From Azolla caroliniana (Eukaryota; Plantae; Polypodiophyta), in assembly GCA_043228905.1 (NCBI GenBank), contig JBHGNT010000002.1, forward strand, positions 27,528,001 to 27,592,000: a DNA stretch of 64,000 bases, read 5' to 3'. A model generated the notes under the pieces. The model worked only from the letters and a program-made list of their open reading frames with translations, ran no database searches and was not told where the DNA came from. Below, in pieces: positions 22,801 through 34,301 of the stretch. Both the position numbers and the translations under genes were made by a program. Numbering within the stretch: position 1 is the stretch's first letter; every line of letters starts with the position of its first letter.

Positions 22801-25259
22801 TATTCATGCTGATCCATAGAGCCAACTGCAAAATTCTTCATGGTGATCAACCGAATAGGAAACAATATGTATCTCCCACATTAATCAAAACTAATACGAG
22901 TTTTCTGAAATACAGAAATAAATGAAAAAAAAGTTTAAAAAAAGAAGAAGGAAACAGATTGGCATGCTGCATAAAATCTAGAGAATCTTCAAAATTCCAT
23001 TTGTAAGTACGTTATGTGTGTATGCGTACATATGACACAAAGTCTACAAATAATCATCGAAAAGATGACAAAGAGACAGAGGCAGACAGAGGGAGGGGGG
23101 GGGGGGGGGGGGGAACATGAGATTTTATACCTGGAAAAAAGGAGCAGGAGCGATTTGGAATTGTTTGGGGGAATACGATCAGAGCGCTGCTTGGTTTGCT
23201 GTTTTCTTTTATTCCAGACATGCCCCTCAGGCTTCCCTCCTTCCTTCCTTGATCTCTCCTCCAGAAAGATCCCCACTACCATTTTGTCGTCAAACCTCCC
23301 TCCCTGCCATGCCCTTGCCCTGCCCATCACACAGTTTCTTCATTTCTTCAACTTCTGATGCGCCATGGCACCACATTATTTAATGTTGTTGCCATTATTG
23401 CCATGAATATCATGACATCAAAGCATTATACATCATCATGTTTACTACTTACTACCACTTCTGCATGGCCCTCAAATCTTTGATTTCTTGTCATCAAATA
23501 ACATGACCATGTTACCTAACTTGTGGCGAAAGAAATGGCATCCACAACTATAAACTTCTTTCGTCATTGTAGAGCTTGATTGGTGTGCTTTGTTTGGCAT
23601 CGATTCATTACTTCCTTGTTTTAGCGTGTGATCATGGCGAAGGTCATTCTCGTGAGTCGATCGGTTCCGATTTGAACTAGCCCAAGCATAGTTAGTTGTC
23701 TATATCTCATTTCTTTCATGTGTGACTCGCTCGGATGAAATTGTTGGTTCTTATTGCATCATAAACATTGGTTGAGTACTACTTGTGTTGGAAAATATAC
23801 TTCATGTGTGAGATATCTATGCTACTAGCAATAATCCAAGCTGACATTACGACGTATAAAATACTAATGAGCCAAGTGGAACATTTGAGCACGCATCACA
23901 ATGAAATGAAGGGATTGGTTTTTTTCAGAAAGAAGAAAACACCATTCTATTGAACTACCTTTGTGTAATTAATGGAACTTAAACTTTTTTTATACTTTTG
24001 TTTGTAGGCAATCTTTTAACGCTCATACACAACATGTTTAATTCCAACATAAATGAGCAAATTACATTACTTAGGATCATAATTACATGTTGGCGCAATG
24101 TCACTTCCTCGATCATAACTTATCATAGTGGGTGCTATATTAATTTGTGGACCACAAGAGAGATGAAGTACATGAGATTAAAATTTATTAATGACCTAAC
24201 ATGAGCAAAGGTATAAATCAATGATGCAATAATTCTTGGAATGTTAATAGTGCTTTAGAATTCTTATGATTTTAGGTTTATGACGAATGTTGTTGTTACG
24301 CTATGGCTCAATAATTATATATTCAAGTTATGATGATCATGCAAAATATTAGGTTTTTATGTGTCGGATAATACAAAAGGCTGTTAATCATGTAGTTCTT
24401 AGACATTGGAAGTAGTGCGTTGTTTTTTGTCGTAATTCTTGTAAGTTCTCCACTTTCATTGCCATAGCGTGAGAAAATGGTTGTTTCTTTACAATATAAA
24501 TACAAACAAACTCATCTTTGCCTTAGCAAAACTTTAAACATATTGGCACATTTGATAAATTATGAGAAGTTACCCTTCGTGCAACAACCTCATGCCTTTC
24601 CCATTACCAACCCAAGATTAGTACAACACCATTAGAAAAACTAAGCCTTTATATAATTACCGTCTCATAGATCGTAATCGTCTTTCGAAGGTTGACCAAT
24701 GCATTCAAACAAATAATGGAAATGTAGGGGCATTTGGGGTAAATTAAGGAACATGAGGATATTTAAAATGTTTTTCGTTAAAAAACTCTTGGAGATTTAC
24801 TCACAACAATTGTAAGCGTATCATTTGGCTTCAATCAACGAGATTTAAAATATTTTCCAAAGTTGTGTGACAACATCAAGGACAATAAATGCAAGGCGTC
24901 ATTGGTCCTAACTCCCATCCTTATCTTTTAAGCAAACCACAAAAAAATTCCAGTTGATAATTAAAAAAGAGGATACCATGCAATCTTTATGCACCAAGCA
25001 ACAAATGCTAGATATCTTTGGAAAATTTGTGGAAGTCAAGTGGGTTTTATATTGCTTAGTATCAATTACAAACATTATTTCTTAGTATCAATTACAATTT
25101 GTTCTCTACCATGAAAGCTTGTGGTAGCATTCGGTTTTTTGGATAAAGGTAGATTGATTGGAATTGCATTGGTGCATATAACATGTTGAAAAAGCATTGT
25201 AATGGTTCCAATCGATGAGCTGCAAGGGTTTGTCTCTACATGCGTCTATTTATAGCTTG

Positions 25260-25420
25260 CAAATTACTTTACTGTTTTCCTCTACTTTGGAGTACATAGA
25301 TTGGTTTCCTCGGCCATTGTCTTACACAAGATAGGTCGGGAAAAAATATTTTGTATATTGGTGCGATTATGACTTTTTAAAAAACTAATGGAAGGATATT
25401 TTGTTTTGGAAAAAAAAAAA
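25260..25420 (+). mobile_element. Short retroposed L1-type 3' end with poly(A); sister copy at ~35815-35970
   Basis: TTGGAGTACATAGATT.GTTTCCTC..TTGTC.TACACAAGA..GGGAAAAAATA.TTTGTAT..AACTAATGGAAGGATA.TTTGTTTTG-A(n) is shared by both copies. Confidence 0.7.
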
Positions 25421-26723
25421 GTATGCTTATTGTAGTTCATAAGTAATAAAAATGTGTCATACGGTAATTAATTGGATCAAGTCATTATTGTGAATAATTC
25501 ACCTTGCAAAGCCTAAATGCTTGTTACTTATCCTATAGTCTAGCCGCTCTTGCTAGTTTTGGTTTCATCAATGCTACTTCGTTCGATTAGAACACGCACC
25601 TCACATGGCGCTCCATAGATGTAATTACCCAAACCATCACAAAACATGATATATCGCAATGCATTTTATGGTTGTGTCCCCTTATTCTCTTTTTTACCTG
25701 GAAACATGAACTTCTTGGGAACAAGGACATAAATTCTGGAATGGGACCACAGAACATTCAAATTTTGAGAATTTGGATTTGGCATTCTTTGTGCATAAGT
25801 ATAGTCAACCAACACCTAGAAAAGGAAAATGATGCATGGAGACCAACTTATGAGCAAAAACATGTTTAGTCATTCTATATCGAAACTCAAGTTTAAAGCA
25901 TGACCAATCATAAAATAACGTAAGACAATGCATAAGCAAATTAGTTTATATATATGAGAACTAGGCACTAGCATATACGAACATTGTAAACTAGAAATAA
26001 ACATTACCTCCGGTTTGTTCCTCCTAACTTCATCAATATCTTCTCACCATCATGATTTGACTCTTCCCCATTTCCATCATCAATGGAATACTTTCTTCCT
26101 TGGTGTATAAGCCATAAAATTTTGCATGCATTATCATCAAGAATAGAAGAAAGCCCAATGAAATGCAGGTTCTTTGCTGCAAAAGCTAAGCAATAGTATT
26201 GTGATTTCTCCTAACAGCAATAGTTACTCATGGTGCTAGCCAATCTCTCCATCGATGAAGAGCCAGAAGATCGGGATAGAATTTTAATAGTCGATGCTAG
26301 CAAGGGCCTATACCAGAACATGATTGGGGGTGTTTTTGTTCCCAGAACGAATGTCTGACCCAAACGCAAGGGCATTCTGGGAAACAAAAAGGCAAAAAAG
26401 AAGAAGAAAAACTCAAGGAATGGAAGAAATAAAGGAGTCCTAATCTCATCTAGATAAACCACAAGCCCTAAAAAAGACAAGAACCGATGATATTGAATAT
26501 GGCACCCTAATTTTAGCGGTTTTATTATTTGTTCTTCTGAATAAGCCCCGAACGCAAAAAGCAAAACCGCAGAGGAAACGAGATAAGTACCGAGGGAAAA
26601 ACGCAACAGAGGAAACAAAAAAAAGAAGAAAAAACTGTAGTAGAAGGCGAGAAAGCAAAATAAAAACTGTAGAAGGCGAGAAAACAGGTTGTGATAGAAA
26701 GGAAGAATATAAGAAACAAGGCT

Positions 26724-28865
26724 ATGGAGATTCGTGGTGATCATCAGACCTCATCTTCATCTTCATCTTCATCGTCTTCATGGGCATGGGCATCAACATT
26801 AGCGATGGCGGCGATGCCTGCAACAGAAGCGTGGATGCAGATTCCCAGGCCCTGGAAGGAAGTAGAAATCAGGGCATCAGGTGTGGATGTGACAAATTGT
26901 TACGATCCATATCCGGGAGGTGCAGGAGGAGGCTCCATGATTGCAGGCTCGGGAGCTTCCGCGGCAGGAGCCATGGCGGAGGTCCGCCTGGCTCACCACA
27001 TCCTCTATGACAATGGCGGGCGTATGCCGGAGGAGCCGTCCGGCACGGACAGCCCCAGAAGCAGCAGCAGCAGAAGAAGAAGAAGAAGCTTGAGCTACCA
27101 TGAGCTGCCGGAGGGGACGAAGGAAACCCTAAAGGCGTTCTGCAGGTCGCATGCCCCGCCGTGCAACATGTGCGGATCGTCGGCCCGCGTCAAGTTCCGC
27201 TTCTTCAACAACCCCAATAACCTCGCCCGCACGCTCCAGTCCCGCTTCCGATGCGGCAACCCCGCGTGCCTCCGGCCCCGGAAAAGCAAAAAGCAAAAGC
27301 AAAAGCAAAAGCAAAAGCAAGAGCAAGAGCAAGAGCAAGGGCAAGATAACCCTACCAATCCACTGCCAGTGCATAAGGATATTGATCCAGGAGAAGTGGC
27401 TCTAATGGTGGATCAAGTGATTCAGAAGAAGAAGATTAGTGATAATGACAAGCAAATGGTTCAACAACAACAACTGAGGCCTCACACCTTCACTGTATAC
27501 CTCACTGACCTCCTCCAACTTTATCCTCAATCTTATCCACCCCTCCCAACTACTCATGATCCACTACACCCACTTGACATTCCTAATCCTCTTATTCTAC
27601 CTTCAACCGGCCATGGCATCGTTAACAGCACTAACCTTCATCACCGACATGTTAATCCCCTCATTAGTAGTGCTAATCCCCTCCTTAATTGTGGGCCTGA
27701 TGCTGTTACCTCCCATGTAATGCCTCAACTTACTGCTGCACCTGCTCATGCTGGTGCTAACCCTGTTCTCAGCTATCCAGCTCCATCCCGAGGTCCCATG
27801 GCCTGCTCCATCCCTGAGTTCTCGATTCCATCACATCAGGGTTTCAATACTTCTTCTGGTGGCATGGCCAATCATGATCATCATCTGTGTTCTCCCTGTC
27901 CCCATGGATCTGGCCCTCAACCTCATGTCCAAAACCTGCAATCTGCCCAACCATCATCATCACCATTCTTGCTCAAAGCCCAAAGGCTTCCTTGGACAAA
28001 TGTATCTGAAGCCACTCCATTAAGCGACATGCTCTATGTGGACATGCAGAGTAGCCAACACACTGATACGGTTGATGATTCACCACACCCGGTATTTGCC
28101 ATGGCCGGCGACATGAATCCGATATCACAGTATCATGTCAATGATGACACCGATCCGAATTCCCGGATCGATGATACCATGGGCTTATCTCGGAGTGCCA
28201 GCTTTCTGGATCGAGGCCTCGCTCGGCAAATAATCGACAACATAACAACTGAGCTTTGCTTCGACAATGCCGACACCTTGCTACAATCGAGTACGAGAAC
28301 TAGTGGCCAAAGGTCTAGCTGCCTCTTGGAGCTTGTCCATTGCATGGACCTTGAAAGCCATGGCGGCGACATTGACAATCTACCTGACCTGAGTCATGAG
28401 TTTAAGGAAGATGACATCGATGACATTGACCACGACGATGTTTCGACTCGTCCACACAATTCAGACATCCCGCTACGACATCTTCAAGGAAATGTTGTCG
28501 ACACAATCGAGCCTTCTATATTTGAGGATGGTGATCGAATGAAGCGTAAAACAAAGACGAAGCTGCGTACCTCGAGCTACTCCATTAAAGTATTGCATGA
28601 GATCAATCGGCATCCATCCATCAATCTCAGCATGAGGCATGTAAAGACATGTACACCCAAGGTAATAAGGAATCCCAACTGTCCATTAGAGCTCAAATCT
28701 AACCCAAAACATGCTCACCATTCACAAGAATGCCGGGATGAACAAAAGCTCGTTTGCACTTCATGTGCTCCTGCATTAAGAGGAGATGTTCATGACTACT
28801 CGAAGACTTTGGCCGAGTATGATATTCCTGGTCCAATTTGTATCGTCGAGAATTCATTTACGTAA
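26724..28865 (+). CDS. Intronless ~713-aa putative nuclear protein with a divergent Dof-like C4 zinc finger
   Basis: Uninterrupted 2.1-kb ORF (first ATG at 26724). 27162-27269 encodes CNMCGSSARVKFRFFNNPNNLARTLQSRFRCGNPAC, resembling the Dof core CxxC..TKFCYYNN...QPRxFCxxC. Also has basic NLS-like tracts (RRRRR, RPRKSKKQK, KRKTKTKLR), Pro/His/Ser-rich and acidic regions. Confidence 0.7.
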   Translation: MEIRGDHQTSSSSSSSSSSWAWASTLAMAAMPATEAWMQIPRPWKEVEIRASGVDVTNCYDPYPGGAGGGSMIAGSGASAAGAMAEVRLAHHILYDNGGRMPEEPSGTDSPRSSSSRRRRRSLSYHELPEGTKETLKAFCRSHAPPCNMCGSSARVKFRFFNNPNNLARTLQSRFRCGNPACLRPRKSKKQKQKQKQKQEQEQEQGQDNPTNPLPVHKDIDPGEVALMVDQVIQKKKISDNDKQMVQQQQLRPHTFTVYLTDLLQLYPQSYPPLPTTHDPLHPLDIPNPLILPSTGHGIVNSTNLHHRHVNPLISSANPLLNCGPDAVTSHVMPQLTAAPAHAGANPVLSYPAPSRGPMACSIPEFSIPSHQGFNTSSGGMANHDHHLCSPCPHGSGPQPHVQNLQSAQPSSSPFLLKAQRLPWTNVSEATPLSDMLYVDMQSSQHTDTVDDSPHPVFAMAGDMNPISQYHVNDDTDPNSRIDDTMGLSRSASFLDRGLARQIIDNITTELCFDNADTLLQSSTRTSGQRSSCLLELVHCMDLESHGGDIDNLPDLSHEFKEDDIDDIDHDDVSTRPHNSDIPLRHLQGNVVDTIEPSIFEDGDRMKRKTKTKLRTSSYSIKVLHEINRHPSINLSMRHVKTCTPKVIRNPNCPLELKSNPKHAHHSQECRDEQKLVCTSCAPALRGDVHDYSKTLAEYDIPGPICIVENSFT

Positions 28866-29120
28866 CAAATAAGTGTTGTTGGTTCACTAATGATCCCCCT
28901 TAGTCTTGTGGTTAACAATAATATTAAAATCTTGAAACATTCATCATATCTAATCTAATGTTGTTAAACCTTCGTTCATTATGGTGTCAATCAGCTAGCC
29001 GGGAGGACAATTCCTAGTTAAAGAGGACAATTCTTGTGGCCATTGACGAATGGAAGGGGGGGGGAGGAGGAGATTCTCTTGTCATAGGTTGGTTATATTT
29101 CCACCTTTTAATCCACAACA

Positions 29121-29915
29121 AAGTGACATGGAAGACCTTTCTTACTCATTTTAATGGCTTACACAATCAAGTGTTAGCACAATATGATGTGTCAAATTGA
29201 TTGAATCTTTTTGCTATGACATGGTAGTTGAATATTTTGGTGCTACATTGTTGATGCTAGAGGGCTAGTTGGATTCTCATTTTATCCTTAGCCCCCTTTG
29301 TTAGTTCAACCATTGAAACTATGATAAGGAAACACATCATTTCCTCAATAGTGTTCTTTGTAGACACTTCCAGAGTGTCTACAAAGAATCAAGTGACATG
29401 GAAGACCTTTCTTACTCATTTTAATGGCTTACACAATCAAGTGTTAGCACAATATGATGTGTCAAATTGATTGAATCTTTTTGCTATGACATGGTAGTTG
29501 AATATTTTGGTGCTACATTGTTGATGCTAGAGGGCTAGTTGGATTCTCATTTTATCCTTAGCCCCCTTTGTTAGTTCAACCATTGAAACTATGATAAGGA
29601 AACACATCATTTCCTCAATAGTGTTCTTTGTAGACACTTCCAGAGTGTCTACAAAGAATCAAGTGACATGGAAGACCTTTCTTACTCATTTTAATGGCTT
29701 ACACAATCAAGTGTTAGCACAATATGATGTGTCAAATTGATTGAATCTTTTTGCTATGACATGGTAGTTGAATATTTTGGTGCTACATTGTTGATGCTAG
29801 AGGGCTAGTTGGATTCTCATTTTATCCTTAGCCCCCTTTGTTAGTTCAACCATTGAAACTATGATAAGGAAACACATCATTTCCTCAATAGTGTTCTTTG
29901 TAGACACTTCCAGAG
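29121..29915. repeat. Near-triple exact tandem repeat of a 270-bp unit
   Basis: AAGTGACATGGAAGACCTTT starts at 29121, 29391 and 29661; the copies read identical. Confidence 0.95.
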
Positions 29916-30035
29916 ACTCTGAGAATAACATGATATATAAATAGCACATGCTACACACAAAATCTCTTAACGCCTTTCCAAACTCAAATAATATTTTCAT
30001 ATCTAAGGAGGATCAAACACGAAAAGAAATATAAT

Positions 30036-30318
30036 GATGAGATTAACAATAATGACATTACGAGTATGTGAATGTGGCTAGACCAAGGTAAAGCTAGAAT
30101 GATGAGAAATTGGAAGGAAAAGTGCTCTAAGCAACCCAACCTTCATGTACACATAAGTATGAGGATGAAACATGAAGAGCAATATTAGGATGAGATTAAC
30201 AATAATGACATTACGAGTATGTGAATGTGGCTAGAACAAGGTAAAGCTAGAATGATGAGAAATTGGATGGAAAAAGTGCTCTAGGAAACCCAACCTTCAT
30301 GTACACATAAGTACGAGG
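30036..30318. repeat. Two diverged direct copies, ~153-bp period
   Basis: GATGAGATTAACAATAATGACATTACGAGTATGTGAATGTGGCTAGA..CAACCTTCATGTACACATAAGTA at 30036 and 30189. Confidence 0.85.
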
Positions 30319-30562
30319 GTTCTTCACTACAACAATAATATGGATGGTTGGACAATGAACAAACGATATAGGTCCGTCTTTGAACTACAAGAAGGAAGAT
30401 GGTTTAAGGATATAAATACTATTAGGACATCACTAATGAAGGAAATGAGTGACAAACTATAATTCCTCCCATACATTTAAGACTCATTTAAAGACATTCC
30501 TTGTCCAACAGATTAAAATGGATAAACATGGTGTGGGGAGTACACCAAACAACGGTTTTGCA

Positions 30563-32758
30563 AGGGATTTTGGGTAAGTTCAAACCCATGGCCTCTTTGG
30601 TGCCCTAATGCTGATTTTCAATGGGTCCCCAATGGAATGGTTGTTAAATATTTGGGTTTTTTGGTGGGCGTTGAGACACCCAAAAATCAGCAACTTGAGC
30701 AAGTGAAAGACAAAATCAGAAAAAAGCTTCGGGTGTGGGCATCAGTAAAGCTCTCTCTTGCAGGTAGGGTGGTCGTGGTAAACCACATTTTGTTAGCCAC
30801 CATGTGGCACTCGGTGGCATGTTGGGTGTTAGACAAAACTTGCATCAAAAATATTAAGGCAATGGTGAGAGGGTTCCTATGGTCGGGTAGAGACCATGAG
30901 AGGGCATCAGCTAAAGTGGCGTGGAGTTGTTTGATCAAGGCGAAAAACCAAGGTGGACTTGGGTTGGTGGATCCAGTTCACCAAAGTAAAGCTTTACTAG
31001 GTAAGCTACTTGTGCGAAGTTTACAACCTGGTCCTGAACTGTGGAAGTTGCTTCTTAGGGATAGAGCTGACCTTTGGTGTCCAAGGAATGGCGGCCCTTG
31101 GAAGGCAAAGATGTGGTGGTTGTTCAGTCCAGATTTAAAGCTGAAACAACCAAATAGCATGGAGGACAGGGTGGCCCGTGCCATAATGATGGCTTGGTCA
31201 AGTGTAAGAGATGGGTTGGTCTTAATGCAACCGAAAACATTGGAGGAACAACTCCGACAACCGTTATTTTGGAACCCTAGGATTAGAAACGAGGACGACA
31301 TGATGCTTGGACAGAAAAAATATTTGCCATGGGGCCGCATGTTAGGGTACAATGTTAGTTCAGTAAGAGAGTGGGATGTTTTCAAAATGAAGAGGAGGGA
31401 GGGTCAGTTTGGTAGCATTTCTTGTAGGCTTGAGAAGGTGACCCAACTGATAAATAAGGTTGTTGATGGTCTAGATAGGTTGGATAAGGAAGAGGGGGTC
31501 TGGTCTGGGTGGTTTGTAGGTGAGAGTGATGGACAAATTATCCGTGGCAAGTGTCCATCTAATGAATATCGTTTGTGGGGAAACCTAAGTGCTTTGTCCG
31601 ACAATGGTCAGTGGTTGGCAGTGCGGGTGGCAGTGTTGGAAGGTAAGAAGTGGCAAGTAAACCCAGACCCAGGGAAGCTAGATAATGATTGTAAACTATG
31701 GCTATTGGACAACAAGCCTCTACATGATTTGGAGTGGGATCCACTAGAGGTATGGTGGCAAAAATCGGGAACGAACAAACTGGTGGGGTTTTTTTATTAT
31801 AGTACTAAGCTTGGAAGGCAAATCATTGGCTCCAAATCAGTGGGTGCTGCTCAAACTCGCAATAGTTGGAGGGATAAAGGCATATCAGATGACTTGTTGA
31901 AGTCGTTTTGGCGGAGACTATGGGCATCTGATATGCCAGAAAAAATCAAGGTGTGGTTTTGGCTTCTTAGTCATAAGGCGTTACCGGTAGGGGAGTGGAT
32001 GAGGTCTCGTGGTGGGGAGGCTGGTTGCCTGTTATGTGGTCACTCTTTGGAATCGATACCTCACTGTTTTTGGAATTGTGCAGAGGCAATCAGCATTTGG
32101 GGTCGAAGTCTCAGGATAGTGGCAGCATGCGGGGTGAATGGGAGAGTTGTGTGGGGGTCCTTACAGGGTTTGAAACTAACTAAGGAAGGTTGGGCGGAAC
32201 AATTAAATCCACATGGTCATGGTTTTATATTGCAGGGCGGCAATGTATTCAAAAGTGTTGGAGTAGAACCTGGTACAAACTCTGGTTTTTTTGAGGAGAT
32301 ATGGATGTTGGTGGCATGCTTCTCGGTCTGGCACATTTGGACTAGACGATGTATGTTTGTTTTTCAGCAACGAAAACTCCCAAGCGGTGAGGTGTTGCTA
32401 AACATTTGGTTCGAGCTGGTATCTTGGCTGCACGGACAATACAACTCAATTGAAGGGAACTCGGATGCAGCAGACAGGGCTCGCTCAAAGTTTTTGCTGA
32501 AATGGGGTCGCTCTCCTATGATGGTTAATTCAGCGTCTGGTCCTAAATGGAATTACCAAGCACCAAGATGGCTGTTTCCGCCATTGGCTTCGTTGTGAAT
32601 ATGTGGTCACAATGGTGGTCACTATGTAAAAAGAGGCAGTGGGTTACTCTTGTTGTAAATAGTTAGGTGAGGATTATGCTGTTTTGATTATGGCTGTTCT
32701 TCGATGTAATTCTTTTGCTAACTAATGGGAAGTAGTGTTTTTTTTGGAAAAAAAAAAA
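30563..32758 (+). mobile_element. 5'-truncated L1-clade LINE with uninterrupted ORF2 C-terminal remnant, poly(A) and TSD
   Basis: ORF 30637-32598: KYLG, LSLAGRVVVVNHIL, FLWSG..KVAWS..GGLGL, zf-RVT region (PEKIKVWFWLL..CLLCG..ESIPHCFWNC), WHIWTRRC. Poly(A) ends at ~32758. TSD (AAA)CAACGGTTTTGCA at 30547/30550-30562 and 32756/32759-32771. Confidence 0.93.
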
Positions 32759-34301
32759 CAACGGTTTTGCAGTTATTTCCCACTACTTAAGAAAACCTCG
32801 ACATCATGGAAACCTTGACACAAGAATGTCATAATTAGAATTAAATAAATGGGTGAGAAGTAGCATTGAAAATGGGTCATCTTATCACAATGCGTTGTGC
32901 ATAGCATTATAGAAATCCATAATAAGTCCTTGGTTACTTTTAGTTTATGCAATTATATTTCTTTTAATGGAATCCGCACAATTTTTTGGTACATGTTATT
33001 TTTGTGGAAATCTATGTCCATGACGATGGTTGATAGATGTGATCCCCCCTTTTGACGTTTTTATCATTTTGATTATAACATCATACGCAACAATTGTGCC
33101 TATATTTTACATTTACTTTTAAGATTAGATAGATTGCTGAAAGAAGTATAATATGCTAACGTAAGAGGACCTAAGCGCCGCGTTGATAAATGGAGGATGA
33201 ATTATTATTAGGAAGGACACTATTATGAGATTAACACAAATGACAATGAGAGTAGGTGAAACAATACATAATCTATTGTTAGAATAACATAAAGTTTGGA
33301 TAATGAGATATGCATTTACATGTCAAATCCAAAACGTTTTCTCATTATAGCACATGCATCGGGAATTCCTTCCAAGATGGCATGTTAAAAGCCCATCAAC
33401 ATAAATACATACTAGCTCTAATATTCTACATTATCTTCCTATATATGTGATTATGATACAAATAATTTGTATGGCCTTTCTAATACCATATAAGTTGATG
33501 GTGGTACAAATACTACAATTAAATTGTGTGCAACATATATAACCAATGGAACCCATTTCCTAACGCATGTTAGTAAGTAAAGTAACAATGCTTAGAAACA
33601 AATATCTTTCCTTGAGGACATGTTCACCTTACGAATTCATGAAATAAAGATCCTACCTTTTCTGCACTCCAAAATAACCTGATGTCTTTGAATTATATTT
33701 TTTTTGTAGACATAGTATTGGTATTTTATAGATGTTTGCAACCTATGGAAAAGCCTCATTAGAACCTAATGTACAACCTTTGTAGCCACCATTCGTGATG
33801 ACTTAGTGGAATAACCAAGATTGCAATGTCAAAAGGATTGTAATCTTCATTCCTTCAATAAAGGTAATACAATTGTGTGTTACTTAACTATAGTGAAATT
33901 AATTACACAATGCATAAGTTTTATATGCAATGATGATGTTGCTATGAAAGAAACTTGATACAAATAATCCCATCACATAATGTAAGTTTGCACAAATTGG
34001 AAATGTAGAACAATATAATCGTCAATCAAAGGTCCTAAGCAAATATCAAGGCTTATGCTTCATCTCAAACTCGGTCCATCAATTCTTGTGTATCAATATT
34101 ATTCATTTTCTTTGTTTGACCCATAACTCGCATGATAGAGGATTTAGAAAGCATTGTGTCATAACAAATATTGACCCATACGTGTCCATAAAATTTTCAT
34201 CTCACTTACATTACTTGTCATTTGGTCACTTTTCGTCTTTTTAAATGTGTAATCATGCTCAAACTTGTTGAAGTGCCAATAGGCCTATTTATGGGAATGA
34301 C

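Larger units (their letters stand above)
16791..23221 (-). pseudogene. Unassigned upstream exon chain, apparently the N-terminal part of the LPP-like transcript
   Basis: Candidate exons 23131-23221 (ATG, MSGIKENSKPSSALIVFPQ..), 21228-21267, 21036-21169, 20252-20323, 19091-19155 and 16791-16887. They have GT donors, mostly AG acceptors, and phases that chain into LPP exon 14369-14637. One TAA (16879-16881) and one GG acceptor (20324-20325). Confidence 0.5.

Noticed and set aside
29121-29915. CRISPR-like or satellite array
   Set aside because: Whole 270-bp units are identical with no unique spacers, and the context is plant nuclear DNA.
30637-32598. 653-aa ORF as a host gene
   Set aside because: It is the ORF2 C-terminus of a TSD-flanked, polyadenylated L1 copy.
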